64,000 bases of DNA. Source: Callorhinchus milii (lineage: Eukaryota). Both the position numbers and the translations under genes were made by a program. The stretch is from NCBI RefSeq assembly GCF_018977255.1, contig NW_024705156.1, positions 1 to 64,000 of the forward strand. The letters run 5' to 3'. Below are positions 28,201 through 43,200 of the stretch, in pieces (the stretch's first letter is position 1; each line of letters opens with the position of its first letter). The notes under the pieces were generated by a model. It made no database searches. It was not told where the DNA came from and saw nothing but the letters and a program-made list of their open reading frames with translations.

Positions 28201-31200
28201 CCACTAGGCTGACCGACTTTTATAAACCAACTCCAGAGAAGGATCTGTCATAGCTAATCGGAATATGTAACGGAAACCTGCCAATTAGGAAAGTCAGTAT
28301 AGTAAGAAGTCGGGTATCTACCGCCCAGGAGCACAGTCTGTTTAAACGTTAGGGGAGATCTAAACGAATGATCAGTCCTCTCCTCCCTCCCGGAGACTTT
28401 CACTTCTCAGAGGTATTCTCGTGATCCTTGACTGCAATCATCGGCAATAATAACTTCACGGACTTTATGGGTTATCTCCCCATGTAGCCTATCCGAAGAA
28501 CCCCTTATATGAGTTCACCAGCTTTTTGGAGTCACATCTTGGTCCATGCCGGCGTGACGCGCGGCAAATCCTGATCGCTCACAGGAGAAAGTATCTCGGT
28601 ATGGAGAATATGCGCCACGAGCGATTAGCCTAATTAAGGCCGGTGTTAAAGTAATATAATCACCAGAGTGCCCGTTTACTCTGAACTGTGGACATGAGTT
28701 TGCGTTCAGGTATAAGTTCCATAGCTTAAGTCAACATTATTAGGAGGACTTGTCATCTGCTCGGAAGAGAGCCGTGGATTGACTTGTGTCCATAACTCCT
28801 CTGGGCTGCCTTAGAGATGCCACCAGTATACAGGAGCCTCGTCACCTCGGAGACACAACTTTTCACGGTACGATATTAGTGATGCGTACTGTGACGACAC
28901 GGCTGCCTTCTCGTACATAAGCAGGCCGTCGGGAGACTCGTACCTTCAGCGAAGTGGGTCGTGGCTTCGTGCGTCGACCTTAGGCTCCAGAAGGTATTTC
29001 GAAAGCAGATAGAACTGAGTGATCGAAAAATGGTGAACGATTCTGCAGTTCAGATTCGTCGTCATGCGTAGACCTACGGTCGATCGACCTCCGTGCTACT
29101 CCAACCTGAATGGCTTAGTCACAAGGGGCATTGTGGAATACACCGGACGTCTACAAGAGGCTAAATGCAACTCGCACGAGCGTTACGAGAGCAGGTTGTG
29201 CACGACGCTGGAAAAGAACCTTTAGACATGTTGGCTATGCCATGTCTCTTCGTCATCACGCATCACGATAGTAAGCTACGATGCGCGCAAATTTATAAAT
29301 AACCGAGTAATGCCACGAATTTGCCTAGACAGTAGACCGAGGGACGTTAAAGCAAGTGGCACATGGGATTACTGACAACAGTCAAGGTGGTGGACTCTAA
29401 CTGTATTAGTCCCAGACATCGTTCTATTCGAGTCCTAAGTGGTATAATGGCCACAACAGGTAAACAAGGATCCCCTGATATAAGTTTCATAAGGAGCCAA
29501 ATTCGCCGTTGGATTCCACGGAAAATTGGCCCTGCTAGCCACTCAGATAAGTGTCTGGAGAAAAAACCGATATCTTCTTATAATAAGCAGGTGCGAGTTA
29601 CATTGAATTTAGATAGCGTGATAGATCTCGAGAGTGGGATTCGTTGTGAGATTCAGATGACGCACGGGGCCTACACGATTGATTTATCTAGACCAAGGGA
29701 GAACCGGATCCATGACTTCTGTGGTCTTATTTAAGGAATTAACCGGGTGTCAGACCGTGAGGTAATTGCTCGTGGGCCTTCGTTGTTTATATCGCGCCAT
29801 TCCCAACGACGAATCAACGAGCACTCCAACACCCATAGATAGTGCCCGCACACTATCAGTGAGGACTATGCACATTTGTGCAGCTTTAAGAGAACGGTCT
29901 TGTACTTAGCCAAATATGTCACAGGCGCCGACGAGCTTGCTCTCGAAACCCTGGGACTCGGACAGATGCAGTAACAACATACCGTAGTAAATGGAGTGTG
30001 CTCCTATCCTGGCGCGAACTTTCCGCTTTTTACCCGTCGAGGGGCGGGTTGGAGTTTGCACTACCCGCGGTGTCTCGAAGCCAGAGAGTGACTTTCGCGT
30101 CCAGAAGCAGAGCCACTATGGAGTGGTCTATGAGATACAAGATTTGAATGAAGCTTTTTCTCTTGCAGCCCCTTTTGGTCTTGTGTATAAGTTTAGAATC
30201 GCGAATCTGAGGGGATTCTGCCCACTGGGACCGGCTGACAACATTGAAAGGCCCACAGACTAACGTTTGCATAACGTCTTCGGTGTGACCCTTGGCGTGC
30301 GGTGCAACATGTTTTAGCCGAATGCATTGTGCGTGACTATTCCTTTAGGATAGATGCTAGAGCATAAAATGACGAGTATGTCCTTGTGTTCTCGTTGGCG
30401 ACTCAACTTGTACGCACTAAGGTGCGAAGTCAATTGAATCATCATGGTGTGTATGCCTTAACCATCAGCGAGACAGCCATGGGTAACTCGGCCGTAGCTC
30501 AGAGTAACAGCACGGAAACCGGCTGAATTAGCAGGGTATGCAAGTGCCATTTGGAGACCTATGCCCGGACCTTCCTCATGATTTGGGGAGACACCGTAGC
30601 AGTTACGCTTAATAACGCGCGTCACGGTTTGCGGGCAGTTACCCAATAGAAAGCGCTCATCGGGGAGTCGCCTGGTAGGCAAATACCGTGCTCTTCATTT
30701 GTTACGATTAGGTATCCTCCAGTGGTAAACTCAGAACCGGCACAGCGTGTTCCTGAACGCCTTGGCACCATCATGGATCACTACTGATTTAATGGTGTGA
30801 GAAGGTCCCAGGGCTCGGTCCCGACGAGATGTTCTCGGCTCACTTTAAACAAGCATGGACGGCCGTAGATCCTGTGGTATTCAGCATGGGTGCTGTTTGA
30901 CAAACCAGCGCTTTTACCAAGTCCCAGTTCTGCTTAGTGTTAGGATACCTTAACGTAGATCTAAGAGGGCCGGTATCACATGACGCGTCATTTATCACGA
31001 AAGGGTTGACACTTATCAAATGCGGGAACTCAAGAGCTACTATAACTTGGCACAACTGCCTGTCATCTTAACTTCTGGCGGGGACCCGGAAAGACCATGG
31101 GCAGAACTAATCCGTCGGCGGCTACCACAAAAACGCCATGAGGTAAATAGAGTCCGGAAGTCAGTATAGAGTAACAGTGCCGCCCTGTGTGTCAGAGGCT

Positions 31201-34200
31201 AGAGCAGACGTACTGTAGATGTGGCTTACTAAAAATCCCTAGACGTTACTACTCCGTTCCATCCATCTAAGGGATTGGGACCCGTAGGTGGGGCGAAGAA
31301 CTTCCCGCCAATTTTCCTGAAAACAAATTTAGCCGAGGCACCAGGTGTCACTACAAATCACCGGCTGAAGACAACTACTTCTGCTGGATTCGTATCGCTT
31401 CGTCCACCGTGTCAAAAACCCGTACATTAGAGGGGAAGCATAGGCTACTTCGTCACTGGCAGCTTGTGTCCATGGGGTCACGAACTGGCTGCAGCCAGTG
31501 CGTATGTGATCGTATGTTATCTACCCAGTAATGCGCTTCGGGGTACCCGCTATCTCAGAGACATAGGCCAGCCAACAAACATTGTACGTATGTATGACCC
31601 CTTTCGAATCTGGTCTCAGCTCCTCAACTTATCCGGCAAACTCAATAAAAGCCGAGTGATTCGTCGAGGCTAGGCTAATAAAAGGCATCGAGCTCTGGAT
31701 CCAGCTCAATTTGAAGAAGCTGTCACATGAAGAGTAGAAGGGTTACCAATACGAAGGATCGTTCCGTATCATGTGTTTCGCAGCGCAGGGCACTACAATT
31801 TCCAGATATGCTCTAGCTTAACAGCTGAACTGTAGAACTATTATGCGCGCTGGCATGCATGTTGCCGGTGCTCAGTACCCGGAAAGCTCATCACGATGTT
31901 AAGAGAGTCTCCAGTTGATTATTACTACTGCGTATCCAATAGGCTAAACAAAGTGTACATCGTGGGAGTCCATGGTCACAAGAGACCCTCAAACGCCCGA
32001 TTGAATTAATAGGCTGACTTTATCTAACCCAGTTCCCAGCTACATCGAATCTTAGGATATCTGAAGAAAGGTCTAATTAGTCGAAGAGGAGATACTTCCT
32101 TGGTACCACGTTGCTATTGCCCTTTGATTGAGGCAAACGGTTCTGGCCCGCAGTCCGGACACCACAAATCTTGAGGCCATTTAATCGGAAGAGGTATAGG
32201 TCGAATGTAAATATTCTCATGAGAGCAGGAGAATCTTCGAGCGTGCAGAAGGACGGAGTATTAGTTGAAGAGGTAGCTCCTCCTCCGTAGCAATTTGAGG
32301 GAACTCTCAATCATAAACACTTTTATCTCAACCCATCGTGCTCACACCTCGTAGCGCTACTGAGTGGTATGCATTGGAGCATGGGTTCGGTTGTAATATC
32401 CGCTTGTAGCACAGGTCGCCAACACATTGAATGCCCAGCTCGGACAAACGGTAGCTGTATCATGTCTAGACTTAAATATTTTAACATCCCACTGAATCGC
32501 ACAATACACAGCTGAACTCGAGCTGAAAGTTGTTGTCACCCATGGTGCGGGCACATTAAATTCTTTGAGCCGACAGTAAATCGGTCCGACTCAAGACTGA
32601 CTTGTCCCTTCACAGGGCTGTGTGCCTCGTTTTGAGTATCTAACCAATCTGCACGCCCGAGGGAGGGTGGTTCCTCTGCGGCACATGTCTTCGCTTTCAG
32701 GCTGTGGTTGCAAATAGCTTTGAAGGAATCCACTACCAACCTTAGTAGTTCATGAGTGGACGATTGATCACCGATACCATGGGACGCCGCCTTTCCCAAC
32801 CCTGAAATCACGACTTATAGATTTTAGTCACGTAGTGCTAGTGAACCAGGTGGAAGAACACAACTACAATGTGCTGAAGAATAGACTATAATGACGGACG
32901 TGTCCCGCCATTGTTCACCCGCTAAACCTCTCCCATTGACTAGGGGGATCTAGTGTAAGGCACAGGAGTTACACTAGTCCCCATCGACCTTAATTTACAT
33001 TAGTTAGCAGGAAAACAGGAGGATTATGAAACGGTGTTGTAAAATCATGCTTGGGCGAATCCATGTATGATGCCTTTAACAGAGAACATCAAGAGGTGGT
33101 ACTAGTGCACAGGCGTATTTACAACTCGACTCTGACAGCGAACAAGATGCCGGGGGCCGTGCCTGCGTACCTTATTATAAGTTGCTGCCGAGACTCCAAA
33201 ACGCCACAATTTTCAGGTTCGTGACACCATAGCGTCTTTACGTGGTCCAACTCCGTCGCGACCACCCGCGGTGATACTACTGGACATTTTTTCGCGGTGT
33301 CGTGAGCGGTTCAGATTAAGTTTAGTGGCACCAGAACGCCAGACGGGTGCGTCGGTATACTTTGATCACGCCCGCGGCTGCCATCCAGGCACAAACGTGA
33401 AGGCCAGGTACCAGGATTTAGAATCAGCGCGCTCTTGAAACTGTTTAGCCCTGTGCGGTCAGTGCCGTCAGGTGTGCGATGTAATGCGGTACGTACGTTT
33501 GCTGTCATGTTAACAATTTCATCATTGCAGGAACGTGGACGTAGTCGCTTTTGCTTTGGAGAGAGCGCTTAGTCGTTCTCACGCGAGTTGAGCCTTATCT
33601 AGACCGGGTGTCACCGGGATTCACAGGCGCTCGTCAGTGGTACGTGGACGTCGAAGGAGATTTAATTGGACGCCCACCCAACCGGCGTGTTTGGGACTAT
33701 ACTACTTATTGTCAGACATTCTCTTAACGTGTCCTCGGTATCGGACGGCGTATATGTCGATCTGGACAGGTATATATTGAATCGTGTGCGCCCCAAGGTT
33801 CGCAAGACTTTGTCACGGGTTGTCGACGCTACACTTTGCTAGGCGGCGGTCTGGACGTCCTTCGATATAAGTTTCATAACCTGGTAAACATCGTCTCGCA
33901 CAGATGCGGGTCGTTATCCAGTCATATCAGCTCCTATTGCAACACAGGCCAGTGAATTCAGGCTACGTGGTCGCCAAGACTATCAGTTAAGGTTTGGCGA
34001 TATCGCTCGAATGTTCTCACTAGGCCGGGTCGATCTAAAGAAAAGGCGTTTCCATACCCGTGGGTAAGAGATCTCGGTGTGGAGGACGCCGTTAGCGTGC
34101 GGCCACAGTCCTGCGGTTAGGAATGGGTTCTAATCTCCAGAGTGGATGGAAGCCCAAGACAGCATCGCAAGCTCCGAGTTTGTTGTGGTGCCAGAGCATT

Positions 34201-37200
34201 GGCCGCGCAGATGTAAGGTGAAATCGTCGGCCCACTGTGGGAGAGAAGCTCTGGAGTAGCAAAGGCATTGGGCGGTTTAAGTGTCAGCGTAGACGGGAGT
34301 GCGGAGACTCAACAAATGATGAGTACTCCACGGTCGCTCCGGATGTACCTATAAATAATCTCGATTCGTCACTGCGGTTGAGTATGCCAAGCCCTATTCA
34401 TAACGCAACGTAGTCGTTTCACTACATGCTACAACTCTGTACAGAGAAATCTGCGGAGAAGACACTTATAGAGATTCTAGACGTGAGCGCCAGAGATGAG
34501 TCACGTCTCGTCTGGATAACTATTACTATAACCTCCTGGCATGGTAAAGCTCCTCGGCATCAAGTGTGACCATGGTGATTTTAGTACCGAAAGCTCAGTG
34601 AGGAGGCCTCCGATAGAGTTAGAAGAGTGCGGGAGAGAGTAGAGGTGTACGCTGTACCCGGAATTGAACCTTCTTACCGTCTTAGACAAGCGCGATAAAG
34701 CACCATCTGGAACTCTAAATGTTTGCCCGCACGGCGGGATTGACGGCCAACGCGAGCGCATGTTGTGCGACTGTTTGCGAGATTGGGCTAGACGCAGTTC
34801 GAAGAAGACCCCACGGCTCGGCTCGTACGAATACAGTGGCAGGGCTCGCCTGATTTCTCTTGTACTGAATAGATCAATGTCCGCTGAGTGGGAGTGGTCT
34901 AGATATTTAGAAGGACGTGTCGCAATCGTGGAGCTATGAACCAAATCTCTTGTTGTAGTTCCGGGACCGTGCTGTTCGTATGGAACGTACCAACGGACAT
35001 CCCAAATGTGACTTACTGTGACGTCATCTCGGTAATGGCCCATCAAGTCGCGCCGTGTGGTTATGGAAGACGGTGCTCTGATATGCTATTGGGATCGTCA
35101 TCGCTGCTGGGCCAACCGGAGCGTTCCACCCGAATGGCCGAATTCCTATTTGTCCGAGTCTTAGGTACCAGAGGCGTACACCATCCAGAAGATCTGTTTA
35201 GGCCATGCTGATTCTCGGGCACTGCCGACCTCCTCTATAGCGTAAAGAGGGCAGGCCCGCGAGCCGATGATTGATCATTTTGAGGCTGTGCGGTGTTAAA
35301 TTATTACTTCTCCGAAAGGTGATCGTAGCCCGTCCCGGAGCCGAAAAACACTGCGCGTAGTCCCTTTGCCAGCTTACTGAGCTAGAAAGGTCGACTCCAC
35401 ATATGCGGGATTCAATCATCGGAAACGAGCCATATTCCCAGGTAGTCCCTTCATGACCTATTAGAGGAGTCAACCATACAAAAGAGAACACAGTGACCAA
35501 GATGTCTGACTATCTCTCCTAGCAGTACCTGGGCCGGCTTCGTGAACGAATGCGGGGCTCATTAATACTATTGGAGTACGAGTCGTGATTTATCAAAAAT
35601 GGGAACGGGCAAGTTTCCAAGTGTAACTTTTCTCCAACATTGAAACAGCATCGCTGCTAGTCGGCATATCGGCCCCATGGTGAATTTGAACCGGGTTGCG
35701 ATATTCGCAGATGGAAAGATTATCTCACGCGGTAGTGGGGTGCCGCAGTAGCGATGTAACGGTAGTAGGCTTTTAGTAAACAATCAGCAGCCTAACTTCT
35801 TTCCGTGGAAATAAATTTAATACAGGTGCGGTATTAAGCGCACTATGTAACGAACCTTATTTCATTGGTGTACTCATAACGACTTACCAACTCCCTTCTA
35901 CGACTAGATATTAAGCTGAGAGCAGTTGCCGAGGTAAACAACGCCAAACTCGGGTGCCTTCTACCATTGTACTAGCGTCTCATAATCAGCGTAGTCAATC
36001 GTTTCGGACGACCGGAAATTGTCGGTATTCCGATTTTAGCTATACTGCCTATCGGTCTCGTACTCGAAATTACGGGATGTGCGTGCTATCCTTGAGACTG
36101 TTGCTCCTGACGTCAGTCTCGGGTTGGAGTATGGTCCCGTATCATCGACACACCTCTATGTAAACGGATCTGGCACCGTGTTTCTGTAGACAAAGCTGGA
36201 AGGCGAGGACCTTTCTGACGAGAGGTATGAGCCTTAGTCAGCGGACGACGAAGCGCAGCCATTCTAGTTAGGGATGTTTACGTAAGATCCCGTGGCGAAG
36301 CGATGCTCGCGAGTTCGAGTGAATCGAGCCGATTTTGATACCCCTGTACTACAATCCTTCAACTTTTAATGCGAAGACACGCAAGCGGGCGGGGTTCCGG
36401 CACTTAGAAAATAGCTGGGTTCAGGCTAGGGGATCGACGCGGCAGGAGCGTTGACTGCTCATTAAAGGAGTTAACAAGTCCGAATGGGTTCTCCGTACTC
36501 AAACAACGTTGCTCTTAACCGGCGGTTTTAGATCAACGGGTGAGAGGGTTCAGCGAGAGATGCTTCAGGATAGTCCTCGGCAGAGGTTCCTCCAGACGAA
36601 TTACCTTCATACAGTCCAGCACTGGTCGACCGTATCAACTGGTTTCTATTGAGACGTGCAGCGTATTTGCAAGATGAGCAAGCTCGTGATTGTCTCGGCA
36701 TACTATGCTCCGGAGGGCCCGCTACGACTAAATAAAAACGGTTCCAAAAAATAACATAGAAGTTGAACACAGCAGCTTGACGAGTTTGAACCGGCCGCTG
36801 AATCAGCGGAGGTATTCAACTACAGACTCCCCATTAACTATCCAGGTTTCTAACGGATAGCTCAAAATCGCCGGCCCCATCGTTCGCTAGATGGTTAGCA
36901 TTTCAGTAGAGTATCACAAAGAATGTTGTATACCCTCGGACAGCACACTATTCTGGGGCATTCCGTTCAGCTTTGCGTTAGGACACTGGTAATTCAGGAG
37001 TACACAGTTGAGCAATGTATAATAGTCATTCTTCAAACCGAACGGTGCAACTCCTGCCCAATACCATCCGCACACTACTAACATTGGCTTCGTTCTTCGG
37101 GAATACGAGAGTAACAACATAAAAAATATGTTACTGGATAAATCCCTACGTTCCTTTAATGGATGACCAAAGTTTGAGCGCCTATATGTAAACATCATCG

Positions 37201-40200
37201 GAACATAGACTGTAAGAGGGAATGGCGCATAAAACACATGAAAGGTGAAGGTGATGAGCCGCCCCCCAGTCAACAGGTGCGGCGATCGCAAGATAACAAA
37301 CCACAGACTATGGTGAAAGGATGCTGACAACAAGCTAGAGCCATGGAGTGTACGCACAAGTCCCAGAGTATATTTGGCAAAGCTCTTGCCGCGTCAGTAG
37401 GCGAAATGGCAGACCCAAGTCAATCTAGCCGACTTCTTAAGTGGCACAAGAACTGACACTTTCCGCCTTTGAGTAACTTCAGTGGGTGCCATAGAAAACG
37501 GGAGTCTTATGCTAAAGGTCCTACCTGCCTTGTGTAGAAATCCTGCGTTATAATGACTAACCGGCCTGTTGTACATATTCCCCCTAGAAGTTCAAACTCC
37601 CCTGGGCTGGTTTTACAGGCGCCCCTCAGACCTAAGCTAACTAAAGCGGCCCATGAACAGGCTGAGGGACAGAGGGGAACAAGGGACCCCGGAGATGGCA
37701 TCGTGCTTCCCCAGTTCGGGAAGATAAAGCACCCTCTAGCTGCCCATCTGCCACAAGGGAGCGCGTGACTCATGATACGGCTCGTAATCTGCCAGTAAAG
37801 GATAGAAAACCGGGGTCCGGCCAGGCCATTCCGGTAACCATTGTTAGGCGCTTTGCGACCACTGAGAGCAACTGTGGATATAAAAGCAACTTTCTGTAAG
37901 TCTGATCTGCCCCGATTTCATACCCATAACGGGCATGCGCCGAGAGATTGAGTTATGGAAAAAGGTGTCGCAGCCTTTTACCACGTTTCCATTAAGGGAG
38001 ACTGATCACGCAGTTCTTCCAAATATCAGAATCGTGCGTCCACAAAGTGATAACTTAACAGAATATGGGACGGGATCCAGAGGCGCGACGCATCATACGC
38101 GACCCCGGGAAAACGTTACGCCATTGGGAAGAAGACAGTTCGGGTCAAGTTGGTAGATGGCACAGTCTTATTGATGGCCTTGTAAGTAGCAGCGCATGGA
38201 GCTGTTCACTCTAGGATGATCTTCTGTAGGTAAAAGACTAGCTTTGGTCACTTAAGAAAACAATGTCACGAAACCGACAAAGGCGCGGCGACGGAGGGTT
38301 TCGGAACCAATTTATGGAAGAATAGAGATGTCAACACGCCAGCCTTCACGATACTGTAGTCAAAGCGAGGGCGACTGTCACATATGCATTTTCTATGAGA
38401 GCTAGATTTGCAGGTAAATTCCGGCACTCTGCGTACACATTATTTGCTACGTGAACTTTACTCCGTTCCATGACTGGAGTCGACGAGATCCGCCACAACG
38501 CTCTTGATATGTAGTGTATGTGGTGTTTGACTGTAGCTCTTAATCCTTTCACCTGTCGCATGATCTTGTGTTTAAGCGCATTTGGGGAAACGTATGGACT
38601 CTCCGGCTCGGCATTCATCTGAATTCCTGGACCAATTCTCATACTCAGATCGAATTGATGAGAGGCGGTAGAGTTGCTTCCCTCCCGCGTTGGATTCGTG
38701 CTCTGACAGATCTAACATAACAACGGGTAGATAGATCTTCACTTTTAGCGTAATATGGCTGCTGTGACCTGCCCCTGTTTGACCACCTCTCCACCAAACC
38801 GAGGGGGTTGGGCATCTCTAGTCCGGTGCCTTTTTTGTCACCTTTTTCTTAGTACCATGGTCTCTTACGGCCAGTATCGGACATATCTGTCTCATTAAGA
38901 CGCAGATACCGGCAGGCGGCTAGTCACTAGTCAAGTCCATATTGCGAAATTTTCCTGTACGCTTTATAACCCGTGTGGGCCTTTGGGTCCAGCGCTAAGA
39001 TATGTTCCAACTCATTAAAAATATCCTCAGCGGTCTCACCGGTGCTGGCGCGGCGAACCACTCGATGGTCACTTCTAGTCAATCGTCCCTCAAGCTATCA
39101 CAGAAGTAAGAGCTCGGAAACAATTTGGGGTGGCTTCAACCTGGGACTATATTCCATGACGAAAGGAAAATACGACGATGGATAGGGTATGACTTTGGAA
39201 CATTATAAACCCGGAACACATCCTTACCCATGCGACACGCGCACTTCCAACGTCGGGACTCATAGCTTCGCTAAGAGTCTATCGTAATTACTTACGGGTA
39301 ACGGCGTGAATAGTGTACGGGCGAATTTGGCGCTGTAAGGTGGTAGTCCTACGGTACTAGATGAAGCGTAACTGTATCTGGGTCCGAATTTTTTGCTTGA
39401 ATCCGACCCTAAAATAGGATGTACGGCTGCTGCGGGACGGACTTAGGCTTCATCTGGGGGGCACGCTAAAAGCTTGATTAGGACTGTATTCACTTGGTTA
39501 ACCCTCAAGCCCGTCTAATAAGGCAACCGCATCAATACGCTACCCACCCCGCATATGAGTTTAACTGGCTTGGCATCAGACGCTAATCCTTCTAGCGCAC
39601 GTCCCTCCCTTACTGAGAGGTGGGATCCACTTCACATGCAGAGAACAGCAACGACTGGACATTCACGAAACAGTGAAAAAAGGACCTGCGTCCAATTAAA
39701 AACGTACCCTTGTCTCCACGTAAGGGGGCATCACGCGTACATACGTTAGGTCCCTACGCGGTTTGCACAGGCTAGCTGATGACGGACATATGCGAACCAC
39801 AAGCGTAAATCGCGTTAGGACGCTTTGGTGTTAGCCCTATTGCATAACCAACTATATATGCGTTGGTGATTCGGGCGAAATGTGGATCGAGCACACCTGG
39901 TCCTACACCTTTGCCGCGGGATTCGATCATGCTCTACCATAAAGGGTTTTCAGCACCTGAGGATTCTTGATACACCCTAAGTGACCGGCGCTCCGTGAGC
40001 GCTTAATGGCCTCGAATGGCGGAATGAACGATGGGCCGTCCTCGTATCCAGAAAATTCTTCCAAGGTAAAACGGTCTGTAGCTGGATACTTCGCTGTAGC
40101 TCGTCGGTCTAGGTGTTGTGTCGTTAGGAGCACCTGTTTATGTCTGGGTTCTATAGCCCGACAGCCCACAACTATGCTAAAGAGTGTTAGAGGTCAAATG

Positions 40201-43200
40201 TCTGAGCTTGCACGAGGACCGGCGGGCATTCGAATGATCTTGTGCCGTGGCCCGTCTCAGAATATACAAATGGTCGGGATTTTGTGGCCCTAAAAGGAGT
40301 TTGAGGTACACGGATTGTACCTTATTGGACGGCAGATGTTTACCCACTAAATACTCTGAAGAAGCGGTCAAGAAAGTGTTCTTCCAAAGGGTAAAGGATT
40401 GACAAGTGGGAGGCTACGACTGCTCTTAAGACGATGATCTCTGGAGGCCGGAATGACCGGAGAGGTCCGTGTTTGGAGAGTTGATCTAGCCTGCGCAGGT
40501 TAGAGCCTGCACTGTAAGGGTGTGCGTCTGCGGAACCCTTTGGTTCTGTTAGCAGCCTCCAAGATACTTTCTCGGGCGAACCGCTCGCAGCCCCTCACTG
40601 TTTAGCGATGCCTAGAGAAGTACACCCAGGGTCTTAGAGTAGGCAAAGAGGGGGGTTGCGGCATGAGGGTTCATCGCTTCCTGAGTGCGAGCAGAGAGAA
40701 GTCTACTCGATATACGGACGACTGCCCATACAATTTATAAGGCGATATTCGACCTGTTACTTCCAGACTAGACATGATAGGCTCACTTTGGGTTCCTCTG
40801 GGAGAAGTCCTCGTGCGCTAACCACTGTCTCTCATCTATGAATCGACTTGACCGATAAAATCGGCTAGAAATTGGCCTATATCGGAATCAGGCCGAAGTC
40901 AAATCGGCATTAGGCTGCGCGTCCTCCAATTTCGGTACGAGGCCATATCTGAGCACGTGTGAGGTCCGCTCGTTCCTCACCCAGGAATGAGCGCTGTTCT
41001 CGGTCTCCGAAAAAAACCGTTCAAATCGTTGGAGGTTTTTCCTTTGTCAACATCAATTGGTGATCAATGTCCCATGTCTGTTATTAACGTTGACCCGTTT
41101 TTCCCAAGTATACGCGGAAGTCTAGTTCTGCTCAAGCAAAGGCCCTTATGGCATCTCGAACGAAAAGAGCGTCCACAATAGTATAGGATGCACATTGGCG
41201 ATAGCGTGGGGAACGTAATGACCAGTAGGGTGATTAGGAACAAAGAACTCGACGACGGGCGTTTATAAGTCGCTAGCTCGGGCGACTGATTACTATGCTT
41301 AGAGTCAAACATTCTAGCACCCACAAACTCGGACGAACGGCAATAAATTTATACCAAAGTCGTTTTTCGATGTGATTGCCGTGATACAGCCTGTAACATC
41401 CACCACCTCGAGCAGGCTAACGACCCTCAGTTGTTCTCGTGTGGTGTCACACGATATACTTGGATGGCAAATGCGGTATGTTTCCGAACCCACTACCCAT
41501 CTAGAAAACTTATATACCTGTAGTCAGTTTTAACGAGTCCGGGGGCACGGAGTAGATTCCCGCGTGTCTTTTCGTCCAGGGTAGGACTAGTCGAAGATGC
41601 GTGAAGTGCTATCTGCGTACTGTATAAAACGCGGCTACCGGACATGAGGCATATGCCGGGCAGCAGTACGAAGTCCGTACCGCGCACGTATAACTGGCTC
41701 ATACCGACATCCACTAATGGCTCTACCATGAGCATAGGCACGTTTCACGCTGTTAGCACTCAAACGTTATGGGTGTCCCGGAGACCTTGGGACTATGATA
41801 ATCCCTCCTCATGGTGAGATAATGGAGCTTAACCGAATCGACTTGGTTGATACTTAGGACAACCGGCCCGCGGGCTCATCATCGAGACGTGAATCGCAAC
41901 CCCGCTTTATGAACTCGGATCAATCTTAACGAATATTAACGTCCCTAATGCTGTGAGTCGCGAGAACGAGGCGAAACTCAACGCCCGCCGGTACGTATGT
42001 CTTGGCACCTACATACCGGCGAGCCCATATTCGCTCCAGCTCGAGGTTTCTGAGGGCTGCTATGTCTTCGCTGGTCAGTAGTCATATCGACTTCAGACTT
42101 TCCGATGTCGCAAACCGTAGCATAGACGGTGGAAGTTCGAAGATTCATCGCCTAGTGCTCAGGACCAATTCGACTCTCCGAAACAAAAGTTCGACGCCCC
42201 GACACCGGGCTGCGCACCCCCGGAAGAGGTTACATAATTCCAACTTGTGACGCTTATTTCGTTACGATCACTGAATCCCCTGCTAACTCGGTAATGGCTA
42301 GCCGAAGATGCTGCTGTGGCGGTAGCCCACATTAGGATTGCTCGAAGTAGGATGTATGGCATACCCACAGATTGCTAACTGGTGGCCGCTTGTGGACGGG
42401 ATATAAGCCGTTGAATCAGCGGTTGCGCAACGACACCCCCAAGGTATATTAATTACTACCCGCAGATTCAGAGCTACAATTGACTGATCCAACATACTTT
42501 AGGCACGCTCAAACTACAATTGTGTGTCCGGAGGGACTGGTATGTACCGGTACGTAACGAAATCTAAATGTTCCAATACTCAAAGCACCGGGGCGTACCG
42601 ACGATGGTTGTCGACGAAGGGCCCCTAGTTGATGAGATTTCGCGTATTCGCGTTCGTATGTTCGAGCTCGCTTGAGTTAAAAACATTGTCGAAGCAACTA
42701 GTCAAAACTGTTCTATGATAAACGGCTAGAGTTTCTGACCGCCTCCGCTCCTCTGTCCAGCTTAGAAAAAACGGAGGTAGAGTCCAAGACAAAATTTAGC
42801 ATGTATCGAATCGCTTAATGCAAGACAAGTTCCTAATCAAGCCGAGTAAGGTTTCAAAAAGTGCAGACCGATGGCAACTGAATTAACCCGGATTTTGCAG
42901 TGCTCTTGCACCACTAAAAAGCCATCCTTAAGCAGGTTACTACCCGGTCTCCTTAGTGAGGGATGACGCGAATGTTGAGTTACCTATGGGATATCTGAAG
43001 CTCGCCCTCGGGCAGACCATAATGGTGATGTAGCACTTCTTGATAGACCCGTGTAACATACTGCAAACCTATGCACCCTCCACATGTCGCAAGCGACGTC
43101 ATTCCCTTTCAACGAAGTGGAGTCTGCATTAAGGATATTTGAATACCACTAAGACTGTACGGACGTCTAAGGATGACGCATTTGGGGGCACAGGTGCAGA

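Noticed and set aside
34501-35046. Longest ORF in the random block (181 aa), also 36914-37357 (147 aa)
   Set aside because: Length matches the random expectation, the composition is Ser/Arg/Leu-rich as for random codons, and there are no motifs.
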